A stretch of DNA of 39,278 nt, taken from the IMG/VR virus record IMGVR_UViG_2524614843_000001, positions 1 to 39,278 of that record. The stretch is one strand, 5' to 3'. The first letter of the stretch is position 1; the number at the start of each line of letters is the position of its first letter. The DNA is from a virus (lineage: Duplodnaviria; Heunggongvirae; Uroviricota; Caudoviricetes). Below are positions 7,670 to 16,222 of this stretch, piece after piece. Made by a program: the position numbers and the translations under genes. The notes beneath the pieces are model-generated. The model searched no databases and had not been told where the DNA came from. It saw nothing but the letters and a program-made list of their open reading frames with translations.

Positions 7670-8281
7670 TCAAATGATGTTGAGCAGGTTGGGAGCTGGC
7701 ACAACGGGTTTAATGACAGGGAAGTTCTCACCCAACGCTTCCCACTTGTTGAAGTCCGGTTTCGCATCCGGAATAGCTGTTTTTGACGCAGAAACGGGGC
7801 TATCTTGCTTCGCTAGCTCGCTGACGACTGCTGAGTACATATCCGAAACCGCGAGCTCTGAGCGCGTTTCTGGGGCTTTTACCGCTGAGTCCTTCTTGGA
7901 TTGGGCCAAAACCGGTTTGGCAGAAGGGAGGGCGAAGCGGCTGGCGGGCTTGGCGCCCCACACCGTCACCTGTTTTCTCTCCGCCTGTCTCGCTTCCTCT
8001 TCGGCCTTGATGGCTGCGCGCGAAACGAAGTAGATGGCCTTGTAACCAGCGCCGCGCTCTTCATCCATCATCTGCTTTGCTCGGCAGGTGTTCTTTTCGA
8101 TAGCCGCTGCGCAGTCGTTGTAGATTGATGGCAACTTGCCCTCGTAATGCTTGCTGACCTTGTGACAGCAAACCGCATAGCCCTGCTGATTTTGCAGAGT
8201 AGGGCAGTGCATGTAGTGGGCGTTGTCACCCACGTTAGCGCTTGGATAGTCGGAAAAATGATAGTTATTCATTCGTGACAT
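7670..8281 (-). CDS. Hypothetical protein, Cys/His-rich N-terminal half
   Basis: 203-aa ORF between primase and ligase, co-directional; HCP...CCH...C...C pattern. Confidence 0.65.
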   Translation of the reverse strand: MSRMNNYHFSDYPSANVGDNAHYMHCPTLQNQQGYAVCCHKVSKHYEGKLPSIYNDCAAAIEKNTCRAKQMMDEERGAGYKAIYFVSRAAIKAEEEARQAERKQVTVWGAKPASRFALPSAKPVLAQSKKDSAVKAPETRSELAVSDMYSAVVSELAKQDSPVSASKTAIPDAKPDFNKWEALGENFPVIKPVVPAPNLLNII

Positions 8282-8340
8282 ACCTTTGTAGTTTCGTTCA
8301 GTTCCTTTTATTTTCTACGCTGCAGTCCGGCTGGTTCAGG

Positions 8341-9462
8341 CTAGATCAGCTTTGCCGCTTTCCACTTCGCAACGCGAATCGGGTCAATCTGTTCCGCGCG
8401 CCAATAGGCTTCACGGATGACTTCTGGTGCTACTTCGTTGGGGTCTTTGTCGTCCGGCAGAACCCCGAGCCGGCACTTGAAGCCCAGGCGCCGCAAGAAC
8501 AGGCCGGCTTTCACCGCATCGTTGCGCGCCTTGCGCTCTCCGTCCCACATGAAAACCAACTCTTCCAGCCCTTCGGCTTTCAGCTTGATCAGCTCGGATA
8601 CCTGGCACTGGTCGTCCGGCAGCTTGAACTCGGCATCCGGATTGAGGACGCCCGAAAGGTGCTTGCCGAATGTGCCGACGGCAGCAACGCTCCGGAAGTC
8701 CTGCTGGCCAGCGATGGCCATTTCCAATGCAATCGTGTCGAACGCACCTTCACCGACCAGCAATGTCCGCGCCCCTCTGGCCCGATGCCCGTTGTAGAGA
8801 AACCGACCGGTGCCGGCGAGGCCTGGTGGAAAAAGGTACTTCTCGTTGGCCGCGCCAGTAATGTCCCGCCCCTGAAAGTTCACCATCACACCTTCGAGGT
8901 CATAGACCGGAATCAGCACTCGATTCGAGTAATCCTGCCTGATCGTCATGCCGTCAAAGCTGTAGCTGTAATAGCCTTTAGCGCAAAAGCGCAGGTCAAA
9001 TGCCTTTGCGACTGAGGATGAAATACCTCGTGCTTTGAGGTATGGCAGATTGTTCTCCTTGTAGGGAATCGAGACATTGGCCGGCAGTGATACGCGGCCA
9101 TTGCTGAGCTTTTCCTTGCTTGGCTTGCGTTTCGGGCGCCAACCATTGCGCGCCAGAAATTGCTCGATCTGTTTTCGTACCTCAAACCACGATACTTCCG
9201 AACCTTCACTGCTCATCAGCGCGCGGACTAATGACCCTTTGTTGAAGGTCTGTCCGCATGAACCGTGAAAGCAGTTGCCCAAGCCCGTTTCTGCGTTGAT
9301 GTAGACCTTCCAGCCCTTACCCCCGCATACCGGACATTCGCGCATGTTTAGTTGAGTACCTTTGGCGCCGAACGTCCTCCGGTACCGAACACCCTCTGTT
9401 TCAAGGTAATGTTCAATGTCGAGCTCTCCGAAGAGCTCTTGCCAGTCAGATTCTTCTCGCAT
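8341..9462 (-). CDS. DNA primase (DnaG-like, Zn-finger plus TOPRIM)
   Basis: CPVC...CFHGSC zinc-binding domain; FQGRDI..., KYL, VGEGAFD and MWDGE TOPRIM motifs, KDPNE. Confidence 0.9.
   Translation of the reverse strand: MREESDWQELFGELDIEHYLETEGVRYRRTFGAKGTQLNMRECPVCGGKGWKVYINAETGLGNCFHGSCGQTFNKGSLVRALMSSEGSEVSWFEVRKQIEQFLARNGWRPKRKPSKEKLSNGRVSLPANVSIPYKENNLPYLKARGISSSVAKAFDLRFCAKGYYSYSFDGMTIRQDYSNRVLIPVYDLEGVMVNFQGRDITGAANEKYLFPPGLAGTGRFLYNGHRARGARTLLVGEGAFDTIALEMAIAGQQDFRSVAAVGTFGKHLSGVLNPDAEFKLPDDQCQVSELIKLKAEGLEELVFMWDGERKARNDAVKAGLFLRRLGFKCRLGVLPDDKDPNEVAPEVIREAYWRAEQIDPIRVAKWKAAKLI
9028..9044 (+). repeat. Iteron copy embedded in the primase CDS
   Basis: TCGTGCTTTGAGGTATG, 17/17 identical to cluster A copies. 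Confidence 0.85.
9177..9194 (-). repeat. Second iteron copy in the primase CDS, inverted
   Basis: Minus strand TATCGTGGTTTGAGGTAC, 17/18 to the copy at 5423-5440. Confidence 0.8.
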
Positions 9463-9547
9463 CTGGTAAGCCCTTTCCGCAGTAATTCTGGATTGCGTGA
9501 GCTCGCAATCATGCGAGCTAACACGCGGCTCAACTCAGGGTCGTCGA

Positions 9548-10981
9548 TCATGCCGGCTCAATGCCGAGAACACTGGTGATGAACTTCATGCGCGCCAGAT
9601 CTTGCTTCACGCGCACTGCAAAGCCACCTTCTTGGTTACGCTGGGCAGCAAAGAACAGCCGGCACTCGCCGCGCGCACGTTCTTCGTCCGTGTAGTTGAT
9701 CGAGATCACCACGTCACAAATACGGATTTTTTCGTAGTCGTCGGCAACGTGAATATCCTTGATCACGCCAGCTTTAGCGCCTTCTCGGTTAGCCTGCGTT
9801 GCAGTCAGTACGGCAATGTTTTCCTCTTGAGCAATCGCACGGAGCGAGGTGTAAATCTCGGTCGTATTTTCGTGCGCGTCGTCAGAGCGATGATCTGGCG
9901 CCATCAAGTCGGCGTAATCGACGATTACCAGGTCAAAAACGATGCCTTTTTGGCGATGACGATTAACCAGACGCCGCAGATCTGCCGGTTTGAACTGGCG
10001 AGCAGGGAATTCGTGCATCACGAACCGTCCAGCTCGGGCTGCCGTGCCTGAGATTGCCGACTCAACCTTCTCGAACTCTTGCACCAGCTCGCGCATTGTC
10101 TTGCCGGAGATATTCGCGTCTGAACGCGCCGCAATCACATCACAAGCCACCTCGAGCGACACGTACATGACGTTGAAGCCGGCCAGCGAGGCGCCGATTG
10201 CGGAGTTGATGAGGGCGGTTGTCTTACCCGACTTGGCTGCACCCATATACATCGAGAGCTCTTTCCGACCCCACCCCTTGCGGTAGAGCAGCTCGTCGAT
10301 TTGACGGAAGCCGGTAGAGATGCCCTTAACGACGGTCACACCAGCCAACTCGGCGGCGCGCTGCTTGCTTCGGGCGTTGATCTCTTCCCAAAAGTCATAC
10401 GCAGCAATGTCGTCATTCGCGCCCACGTCCAGCGCGTCCTGCATGATCTTGGCCACGTCCTTGAACTTGCGCTTATCCACCAAATCAGCGACCTTGAGCA
10501 CCGCTTGGGCGAGGGCCTGCGCTTTGGCGAATTGCGCGACCTGATCAATCACGAAGTCACGGTTGGAAATGTCGGTTTTCTGGTAGAGCTTCTTCACCGT
10601 CTCGGTGATGGCTGGCCGCAGATCTTCGGGGATGCGCTTCTCGGCAACCGCCTTTTTGAAGATGGTCACAAAGGTCGCCATATCCGGATGCTGCCGGTAG
10701 TAGCTGTAGTGCTCCAGTACGAGACCGACGACAATGGAGTGCGCCACATCGTCAAAATGCTTGCTGGAAATTAAGCCTTCCGTCCGAGCCAAGAATGTCG
10801 CGTCACGCAGCAGCAACGCCGCTACTTTGGTCTGGAACGCTTCATCAAAGCCTTCTTCTTCGTGAGCGCCATACGATTCATTTGGCTCAAAAACCATGCT
10901 CGGCTCTGAGCTAGTGTGCGCAGCTGCAGCGCGCTCTAATGCCGCAGCATAAATGCTTTCAACCTCTGCGGTTTCGCTCAT
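9548..10981 (-). CDS. Replicative SF4 DnaB-like helicase (start revised to ATG 10981)
   Basis: Walker A GAAKSGKT, YVSLE, IVDYAD Walker B, TATQANR, arginine-finger QRN; GGAG RBS; ATGA overlap with the upstream gene. Confidence 0.92.
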   Translation of the reverse strand: MSETAEVESIYAAALERAAAAHTSSEPSMVFEPNESYGAHEEEGFDEAFQTKVAALLLRDATFLARTEGLISSKHFDDVAHSIVVGLVLEHYSYYRQHPDMATFVTIFKKAVAEKRIPEDLRPAITETVKKLYQKTDISNRDFVIDQVAQFAKAQALAQAVLKVADLVDKRKFKDVAKIMQDALDVGANDDIAAYDFWEEINARSKQRAAELAGVTVVKGISTGFRQIDELLYRKGWGRKELSMYMGAAKSGKTTALINSAIGASLAGFNVMYVSLEVACDVIAARSDANISGKTMRELVQEFEKVESAISGTAARAGRFVMHEFPARQFKPADLRRLVNRHRQKGIVFDLVIVDYADLMAPDHRSDDAHENTTEIYTSLRAIAQEENIAVLTATQANREGAKAGVIKDIHVADDYEKIRICDVVISINYTDEERARGECRLFFAAQRNQEGGFAVRVKQDLARMKFITSVLGIEPA

Positions 10982-11775
10982 AGACTGTTCTCCTGTTGAA
11001 GTTCGCAATTATAAGTCAGCGATGACTGATTATTGCAAGCGTTTGATGGGAAAAGTGTGTTGGCATACTCCAAAGCCCGATAAACATAATCGCCACCCAG
11101 GCGATCTCTGACGATCGATTCCGGCAGTCGGCCATCGATAATCCGCTGGCCAATAGCGACCTGGTGAGGGTATGAATCGTGGCCGTATCGAGTCAGCTGA
11201 TAGTCGATATACGCCAGCTGATGCTCATTCCCGCAGAATTGGCTTGCGTGGTAGCGTGGGTCAACGGGGTCTCGCATGGCCGCGGACTGGTGTTTCTTCC
11301 AATCCTCACCCATTGCCTCGCCAATATCGTCGCTGTAAAGCTGAGCCGGCAGCGGGTGACGTTCCCAGCATTGCTCTTCTGCAATACGCATGATTGAGTT
11401 GCAGAAGAAGTCATAAGGAATGCCATGTCTATCGGCCTGCTGACGGGCGCGAACGATGCTGGTTGTATGCTTGTTGGCGAACGGGTCGAGCGCGTCCTTC
11501 AAGGGCATTTTGACCTCTGCCATCTTGTAGTCGTACCGTGTCCGGACGAAGAATTGGCGGTAAGCCATGATGTAGCAGTGATTGAACCAGTAGGTTGCCA
11601 TTACCGGATGTAGAAAGCGGTAATCAAACCACTTGGTTTCGTAGAGCTCGGCCTCTACAGAACGGGTTTTGAGTGTTCTGGCAGCGTAAATCGAATCCAT
11701 TTCCGGAAGTGATTTATCACAGCCATAAAAAGCGGTTCCGAGGAAATCCGCAGGGGATATGTTTTCCATTCCCAA
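10978..11775 (-). CDS. Hypothetical protein coupled to the helicase
   Basis: 265-aa ORF with GGAGG RBS; ATGA coupling to the helicase. Confidence 0.8.
   Translation of the reverse strand: MGMENISPADFLGTAFYGCDKSLPEMDSIYAARTLKTRSVEAELYETKWFDYRFLHPVMATYWFNHCYIMAYRQFFVRTRYDYKMAEVKMPLKDALDPFANKHTTSIVRARQQADRHGIPYDFFCNSIMRIAEEQCWERHPLPAQLYSDDIGEAMGEDWKKHQSAAMRDPVDPRYHASQFCGNEHQLAYIDYQLTRYGHDSYPHQVAIGQRIIDGRLPESIVRDRLGGDYVYRALEYANTLFPSNACNNQSSLTYNCELQQENSL
11012..11029. promoter_or_regulatory. Dyad site O5 in the spacer of a putative helicase promoter
   Basis: Minus strand TCAGTCA-tcgc-TGACTTA; perfect TATAAT at 11013-11008; TTGCAA at 11038-11033 (19-bp spacer). Confidence 0.8.
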
Positions 11776-11892
11776 CTGCCTCCATTTCCAATATATATAT
11801 TCTTATTAACAGTAGATATAAATAATATTGGAACGCTGAAAAATTCCCAACTACTGCCTAATTCAGCGTTCCTACTCCGGATTACAGTTTAA

Positions 11893-12645
11893 TCACACTG
11901 TTCCGGCTTGTTCATAGGCTTGAAGAATTTCCCCAGCAAGTCCGGAACGGACACAATCTTGCCGCTGGAAACGGATGACCGAAACGCTAGGGATATAGCT
12001 GATCTTTTCAATTGCATCGGTTAGTCCGGATTTTCCGCGAATATCAACCTGCGATTCATCGCCGTTAATAACCACACGGCAATTTTCGCCAATTCGAGTC
12101 AGAAATAACTTCATTTGACCTGGTGTCGCATTTTGAGCCTCATCCAGAATCACAATCGCGTTTTTGAATGTTTTGCCGCGCATATAGGCAAAAGGGGAAG
12201 CTTCAATTCGACCGTGTTTAATTAGGTATTCGACGCGAGTTTTGCCAAGACGCTCATTGAGCACATCCAAGAATGGCGCAATATAGGGCGCGTACTTGTC
12301 CTCTTTCTCGCCTGGCAAAAAGCCTAACTGCTCTTCTGCCTCAACGGCAGGGCGCGTGATGATGATCTTATCGACGTGGCCATCGAGCAGCATGTCTGCC
12401 GCAACGCTGCCGCAAATATAGGTTTTGCCCGTACCAGCCGGCCCGACTGCGAAAGTGAGCTGCTGATGACGTAGTGAGTTGATCAGCTTGCGCTGGGTGA
12501 TCGTTTTAGCGCTCAGGGGCTCGTTAGACGCTTTCTCGACGAGCGGGATAAGGGTTTGCTCATCCAGCTGATGAGAACGCGCTACAGCGCGATTCTGACG
12601 GGTTTCCCGACTATTTCCGCGGGCGGGCTTCTTTTTGCTACTCAT
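11893..12645 (-). CDS. phoH: PhoH family ATPase
   Basis: GPAGTGKT, IITRPAVE, LGFLPG, PFAYMRGKTF, DEAQN and VINGDESQVD motifs. Confidence 0.95.
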   Translation of the reverse strand: MSSKKKPARGNSRETRQNRAVARSHQLDEQTLIPLVEKASNEPLSAKTITQRKLINSLRHQQLTFAVGPAGTGKTYICGSVAADMLLDGHVDKIIITRPAVEAEEQLGFLPGEKEDKYAPYIAPFLDVLNERLGKTRVEYLIKHGRIEASPFAYMRGKTFKNAIVILDEAQNATPGQMKLFLTRIGENCRVVINGDESQVDIRGKSGLTDAIEKISYIPSVSVIRFQRQDCVRSGLAGEILQAYEQAGTV

Positions 12646-12710
12646 CTGGTGTTATCTCGGCTTGTTGATCGGACAGCCGACGTTTTTGAGTTGTTCGGTT
12701 CCTGCCTGCC

Positions 12711-12908
12711 TTACTTCCACTGGCCGTTTACAAATTTCGCAGTCGGGCTTGGTGGCGCCAATGCGGTCGAATTGTCCGGAATCCAGTCTGGATAGCCGCG
12801 GCCTTTAAGGTCTTGAGCAGGGTCGTATGCGCCTTGCCATACGTTCGAGTTATGCTGTTGGGTTTGCTCCGAGTACCCGTAAGCAATAAAAGAGACTTGA
12901 TTAGACAT
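12711..12908 (-). CDS. Small protein resembling the N-terminal part of tail-fibre assembly (Tfa) chaperones (start revised to 12908)
   Basis: WIPDNSTALAPP resembles lambda Tfa GLPANSTDIAPP as recalled; start overlaps the end of the upstream gene. Confidence 0.45.
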   Translation of the reverse strand: MSNQVSFIAYGYSEQTQQHNSNVWQGAYDPAQDLKGRGYPDWIPDNSTALAPPSPTAKFVNGQWK

Positions 12909-14046
12909 AGAAGAGCTCCACGATAATCCCAGCCGCAACGGCTGTAGTGTCAGTGTGCGGCGCCGCTGCGGTCATTGCCCAAGCGAGGCCAGATGGCAAA
13001 CGAATACCGGAGGCTGGTACGTAGTCGTCGAGTGATAGGCAGTCGTTAGCCTTCACGCGAACCGTCATGATGGGTTGATCTGTCCCCACCGTAGGCACCG
13101 CGGCTTTGTTGTAAATCTTCAAGTAAACGTCCGCGGCACTGGTGTTGTTGATCACGCCACCGCCCAAGTTGGTTGCCGAGTTTTTCGTAATCGTTGGATT
13201 GGTTGTTGCTGCGGTAATTGCACGGCTGAATGTGGTGTAGCCGCCCGCGCCAGAGTCCGGACGTGGGATGGCGGACACTGCTGATACCGCACTAACCAAC
13301 GAGATCGGAATCGATTCGCTAAGCGAGCCGCCGCCCGTATTGGTCAGATCGACCGGCATTTCGTTAATGTCGGTAATGTTGATCGAAAAAACACGAAGCT
13401 CTGTGGCAGAGGCCGGCGCCGTCGGGCCATTTACCGCGCGAATCCGCAGCATCAATTGCTCATCAGGGTCCGGAATGCGCATCGTGCGCACGGCAAAGGT
13501 GTTGCGACCTGCTGCCGAGTTGGTATCACGCTGCGCAAAGCGAACCTCGTCAGGGTAAAGCTGCATGATGTATTGTCGGCCAGCAGCCACCCGATCACTA
13601 ATTGCGTACCAAGTGCCGGTGTTTTCCCACGCTGGGAAGCGGTTTTTATTGAAGCTCAGCGCGCGGCATTGAGCTGCCGTGCTGCCGCCAGGGAAAAGGA
13701 ACGCGACGCACACTTGGCCTGCTGAGTCGATTAGCTCGAAAGACACATCGCAGTTAGCAGGGTTGGCTTGACCAAATTGAGCCGAAATAACGATCTGAGC
13801 CGGCGCTGCAAACTGCACCGGTAGCAGCATTTGGCACACTGCATTGGGCGTGGTGCCGGTGTTCAAAATGGCACGATCTGTTGCGATCAACGGCTGAACC
13901 GTAGAGCCGCTGGTATCGTATCGATCTGCGAGCTCGGCCATCCCCCAGCCAAATTCATCACGAAATTTCATTCGCACGCCGGAGATCAGCCGCGCACCTT
14001 CTGGCGTGTTGCCGAAGCCGACCTGGTAAGAACCTTTTTTATCCAT
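12901..14046 (-). CDS. Putative virion structural or decoration protein
   Basis: 381 aa, beta-rich and Thr/Ala-rich; C-terminal TAATTNPT...YLKIYNKAAVPTVGTD...DTTAVAAG module of a kind seen in phage hypothetical proteins; AGGTGG RBS. Confidence 0.6.
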   Translation of the reverse strand: MDKKGSYQVGFGNTPEGARLISGVRMKFRDEFGWGMAELADRYDTSGSTVQPLIATDRAILNTGTTPNAVCQMLLPVQFAAPAQIVISAQFGQANPANCDVSFELIDSAGQVCVAFLFPGGSTAAQCRALSFNKNRFPAWENTGTWYAISDRVAAGRQYIMQLYPDEVRFAQRDTNSAAGRNTFAVRTMRIPDPDEQLMLRIRAVNGPTAPASATELRVFSINITDINEMPVDLTNTGGGSLSESIPISLVSAVSAVSAIPRPDSGAGGYTTFSRAITAATTNPTITKNSATNLGGGVINNTSAADVYLKIYNKAAVPTVGTDQPIMTVRVKANDCLSLDDYVPASGIRLPSGLAWAMTAAAPHTDTTAVAAGIIVELFYV

Positions 14047-14054
14047 AATCCACC

Positions 14055-14072
14055 TAAGTCAATGGTTACTTA
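14055..14072. promoter_or_regulatory. Dyad site O6
   Basis: Minus strand TAAGTAA-ccat-TGACTTA; contains the upstream stop codon and abuts the SD of the next gene. Confidence 0.8.
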
Positions 14073-14512
14073 TTAACATCGACGTAATCAACGCCGAAAC
14101 CCGAGAAAATATCGATCTCGCTGGCCAGCTCAACCGCCTCTTTGGCTGATTTGCCAAGCTTCATTGCCGCCATTGCAAAATCACCGCCTGAGCCAATTGC
14201 GAAAGGCGCTTTAATTTCGATCGGTACCAGCTTTTCGCCATACAAGTAGCTCTCGCCGGTTTGCGTATTGATCACGATGGCCTGCAGATCGTCGATCTCA
14301 GGCGTTTCACCGCCGAACAGCAATTCGTTATCGGCAAACGAATCCTCAAGCCAGCTTGCGAAAAGTTTGAGGTCATCAGCTGTGCCGGCACCGGCCATCA
14401 GCAGCTTTCCATCCCCAATAACAAACAGCTTCTTAATCTCGAATCGCTGGTTGCCATAAGTCACCTGACGGTCTGCAGCTAAGGTTTTGCCGTCCCATGC
14501 TACGGTTGTCAT
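14066..14512 (-). CDS. Ntn-hydrolase fold protein, HslV/proteasome-beta-like peptidase
   Basis: N-terminal (M)TTVAW...LAAD nucleophile motif, conserved K (IKKL), GAG, and AIGSGG as in HslV. Confidence 0.75.
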   Translation of the reverse strand: MTTVAWDGKTLAADRQVTYGNQRFEIKKLFVIGDGKLLMAGAGTADDLKLFASWLEDSFADNELLFGGETPEIDDLQAIVINTQTGESYLYGEKLVPIEIKAPFAIGSGGDFAMAAMKLGKSAKEAVELASEIDIFSGFGVDYVDVNK

Positions 14513-14524
14513 TTGGAGCGCTCC

Positions 14525-15106
14525 CTATTGTGTGATTTCGTTAATTTCAATTGCATCAAGCAGTGCGTTTTGACTGTCGGCTAGTTCGTGATACTGGCTG
14601 GCGAGCTCGATGAGTTTGTCCTCAACGGCTGCTCTGGAAACGGTTGAACACTCTTCGGGCGCTTTTTCAGTGCTTCGCTCACGATCACGCGGCTCTCGGT
14701 TTTGGAGGGCGTCGTTGAGCAGCCGGACAGTCCGAAGGTTGAGATAATCGCCACAGCCATCAGGCTCAGCAGCGATAGCGACCGCGGAAGCAATGCTGGC
14801 CGGCAGTCGTTGTGGTTTGCTGATTTCACGGTGAATCTCCTTAATGTGGTCGAAACGCTCTGCTCGGGCGCTGGCTGATGCAACCAGGCTCGCTACAATG
14901 CGGTCATTGCCATGAAAAACAATCGCCTGGTCAGCGATTTCGTTCATGATCTCTTTGAGCTGCTTTTGGGCCTCTTTCTTTTCCCATTGCTCGTTCACGT
15001 CTTGCCTAGCATTCCGGTCGATCATGAAGGCCAGTGCCGCAATAGCTGCTGCAACCGCCACGATCTTTATTAGCCAGGCATAGGCTTTCAATTTCTCGAA
15101 CATCAT
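14525..15106 (-). CDS. i-spanin (Rz-like)
   Basis: Single N-terminal TM helix, coiled-coil periplasmic part, carries a nested lipoprotein ORF. Confidence 0.75.
   Translation of the reverse strand: MMFEKLKAYAWLIKIVAVAAAIAALAFMIDRNARQDVNEQWEKKEAQKQLKEIMNEIADQAIVFHGNDRIVASLVASASARAERFDHIKEIHREISKPQRLPASIASAVAIAAEPDGCGDYLNLRTVRLLNDALQNREPRDRERSTEKAPEECSTVSRAAVEDKLIELASQYHELADSQNALLDAIEINEITQ
14581..14829 (-). CDS. o-spanin (Rz1-like lipoprotein) fully embedded in the i-spanin gene
   Basis: GTG at 14829 with AAGGAG 7 nt upstream; hydrophobic stretch ending in lipobox LSG-C; Pro-rich mature part; alternative frame inside Rz. Confidence 0.8.
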   Translation of the reverse strand: MKSANHNDCRPALLPRSLSLLSLMAVAIISTFGLSGCSTTPSKTESRVIVSEALKKRPKSVQPFPEQPLRTNSSSSPASITN

Positions 15107-15366
15107 CCCTCCTTGCTCGATTGAACCGGTTCAGCCGGCCGAGACCGGCTGCCAAACCAGAACCCCACAATTACCCCGTTCATTGGCCCGACCGTTTGCA
15201 CGTAGTCCTTGATCGAGATCGCTCCGGTAATCGCTGCCCATGCGCAAATCACGTTGAACAGTACGCAGATGATCAGCGTCAGTACCGGTCTGGTAACGCG
15301 ATTGAATGCTGTGGCCACGTCCAAATCGCGCAGCGCGCGCAGCAGCTTAATCAGTCCATCAATCAT
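15103..15366 (-). CDS. Holin-like membrane protein (GTA-holin-type VxRP...GFWFGSR) (start revised to 15366)
   Basis: Two hydrophobic segments, VTRP and GFWFGSR motifs; GGAGG RBS; overlaps both neighbours. Confidence 0.6.
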   Translation of the reverse strand: MIDGLIKLLRALRDLDVATAFNRVTRPVLTLIICVLFNVICAWAAITGAISIKDYVQTVGPMNGVIVGFWFGSRSRPAEPVQSSKEG

Positions 15367-15685
15367 TTTTCTGACCTCCGGTAAATCGGCTGAGCATTTG
15401 CTCAATCACCTGTGGGCCTAAATAGGCAATTGCAGAAATAAAGCCGGCTCTAACCTGCTCATTCTCAATGCCAACCACAATCGACAGGCCGTTTGCGAAA
15501 ATACCCATTACTACTGCCACGACCAATTCCAGCGCCAATAGCTTTGAGAAGAATCGCTTGCGTCTGCCGGTTCTCACCTGCTCGGTGTGAAATAGCAATC
15601 TGCCGGCCATACCAAACAAGATCGCCACACCGAATGTTTTGATCGCCGTAATGGCCGCAGACCAATCCAAACCAAATTCCTTCAT
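15359..15685 (-). CDS. LydA-like holin (start revised to 15685)
   Basis: GMAGRLLFH...ELVVAVVMG...ISAIAYLGP with 3 TM segments, matching the LydA-holin pattern; AGGGAGG RBS. Confidence 0.7.
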   Translation of the reverse strand: MKEFGLDWSAAITAIKTFGVAILFGMAGRLLFHTEQVRTGRRKRFFSKLLALELVVAVVMGIFANGLSIVVGIENEQVRAGFISAIAYLGPQVIEQMLSRFTGGQKND

Positions 15686-15734
15686 AAAGAAACCCTCCCT
15701 ACCTGAAATCGTACCGATCACAGGTAGGGGAGTA

Positions 15735-15752
15735 CAAGTCATCACTGACTTA
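15735..15752. promoter_or_regulatory. Dyad site O7
   Basis: Minus strand TAAGTCA-gtga-TGACTTG; its first TAA is the stop codon of the amidase gene. Confidence 0.85.
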
Positions 15753-16217
15753 CTTATTGGCCACAACAAAATGCGGCTGTGAGCGGGTCATGTCCCATAG
15801 ATCTTGGGGTGAAACTGAGCCAGTTTTGACCTTCATTTCATGACCCCCAGCGATTAGCATTGCCGCGACCAATTCCGAGCAAAACCATTTGTTTGGCTCT
15901 TGCCAATTTCGCCCTTTAAATAGCCACCCAATCAAACCGGTCCAGTCGTATTTCTTTCCAATTTGAGCGATCAGAAAGTCGGTAGCCCTTTCTGGATTTG
16001 GCACCAAGCGATCTATCACGACACCCACTGCCACCGTCGAACCAGGCGGCTCTCTATCCAGATCATTCACAATGACGCCTTCGCCTGGCTCCGCCCCGAT
16101 GATGAGTTCTGAATTGATCAGCAAGACCTCAACATGACTCCACTCAGAGCGGGTAAATAACCGAACGATTCTGCTATGCAGCCCATTGTTCCGGCTGAAT
16201 ATCAAAGCCATTCGCAT
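15750..16217 (-). CDS. Permuted papain-like NlpC/P60 amidase (YaeF/YiiX type)
   Basis: His before Cys order: WSHV...GKKYDW...WFCSELV. Confidence 0.85.
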   Translation of the reverse strand: MRMALIFSRNNGLHSRIVRLFTRSEWSHVEVLLINSELIIGAEPGEGVIVNDLDREPPGSTVAVGVVIDRLVPNPERATDFLIAQIGKKYDWTGLIGWLFKGRNWQEPNKWFCSELVAAMLIAGGHEMKVKTGSVSPQDLWDMTRSQPHFVVANK

Positions 16218-16222
16218 ATCGC

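Noticed and set aside
8265-8282. Dyad-like TATGTCA-cgaa-TGAATAA over the start of the 7670-8281 ORF
   Set aside because: Only 11/14 matches and fully coding; kept as a weak candidate, not as a feature.
9348-9551. 67-aa ORF coupled to the helicase stop and overlapping the primase 5' end
   Set aside because: It overlaps primase by 115 nt in another frame and has no motif. It could be a short real gene or an indel-affected primase extension, but the sequence alone cannot support either.
14457-14474. TAAGTCA half-site in the Ntn hydrolase gene
   Set aside because: No second arm at 4-nt spacing.
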